A program made the translations under genes and the position numbers. DNA of 64,000 bases from Selaginella moellendorffii. Lineage: Eukaryota; Plantae; Lycopodiophyta. This document shows, in pieces, positions 63,643-64,000 of the stretch (the stretch's first letter is position 1; each line of letters begins with the position of its first letter). Location of the stretch: the NCBI RefSeq assembly GCF_000143415.4, contig NW_003314276.1, positions 181,468-245,467 of the forward strand, read 5' to 3'. The notes under the pieces were generated by a model. It was given only the letters and a program-made list of their open reading frames with translations. It did not search any database and was not told the origin of the DNA.

Positions 63643-64000
63643 ACTGACTAGTGACCAGAACCCTCGCATATTGAGACTAGTCTATCAATATTGTTGGATG
63701 ATATCTTACCATGTCTACCAAACACCCTCACTATCATGCCCTTTGTGTTAGTTTTATTCTAGTTCTAAATTTTATAAAAAAAAGTGTTTAGATTTGCTCA
63801 TTTAGCATATCTATGGAATATAGAGATTGTCTTGAACACAATGGTGTTTATCCCATGTCCAAATTCACAATCTAAAGACATTCTATATTTAATAAGTTTC
63901 GAACTTGTCCCAAAGACTAATTCCTAGTACTAAGGGAGGATTGGGGTGAAACCTCAAAGTGTGTGTTCCTTCGGCGGGGGGGGGGGGGGGGGGGGGGTCC
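63643..64000 (+). repeat. Family-A LTR remnant (continuation of ~55790-55944)
   Basis: Reverse-complement similarity to ~5310-5665, including the poly-G/poly-C tract. Confidence 0.8.

Overview
Eukaryotic, repeat-rich land-plant DNA. The ~45-60 bp GT-AG introns, TTTAGGG repeat, chromoviruses and sperm-flagellum-type host genes fit a compact non-seed-plant genome such as a lycophyte (organism is inference). Two multi-exon host genes (a coiled-coil protein at 10598-15203 and a WD40 protein at 15671-18684) sit among nested Ty3/Gypsy chromoviruses, a non-coding LTR element and a Helitron remnant. The main feature is a 10.8-kb TIR DNA transposon (21673-32478; 24-bp TIRs, 4-bp TSD CTTG, Sola1-like DDD transposase), with a deleted second copy (55945-63642) and a third fragment (19336-20815). 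Divergent from the transposase it carries one large spliced cargo gene that joins a ParB/Srx-like domain, an apparently inactive beta-class N6A/N4C methyltransferase-like fold, a charged disordered region and an FCP1/NIF-type HAD phosphatase domain. About 20 copies per element of a 22-bp palindrome, ATGGCRTG-WGGCCW-CAYGCCAT, are scattered through it. Many sit singly inside tiny phase-1 introns of the cargo gene. This looks like an element-encoded protein plus its cognate-site system, analogous to ParB-parS or VANC-type anti-silencing. All domain calls are by eye, without database searches.
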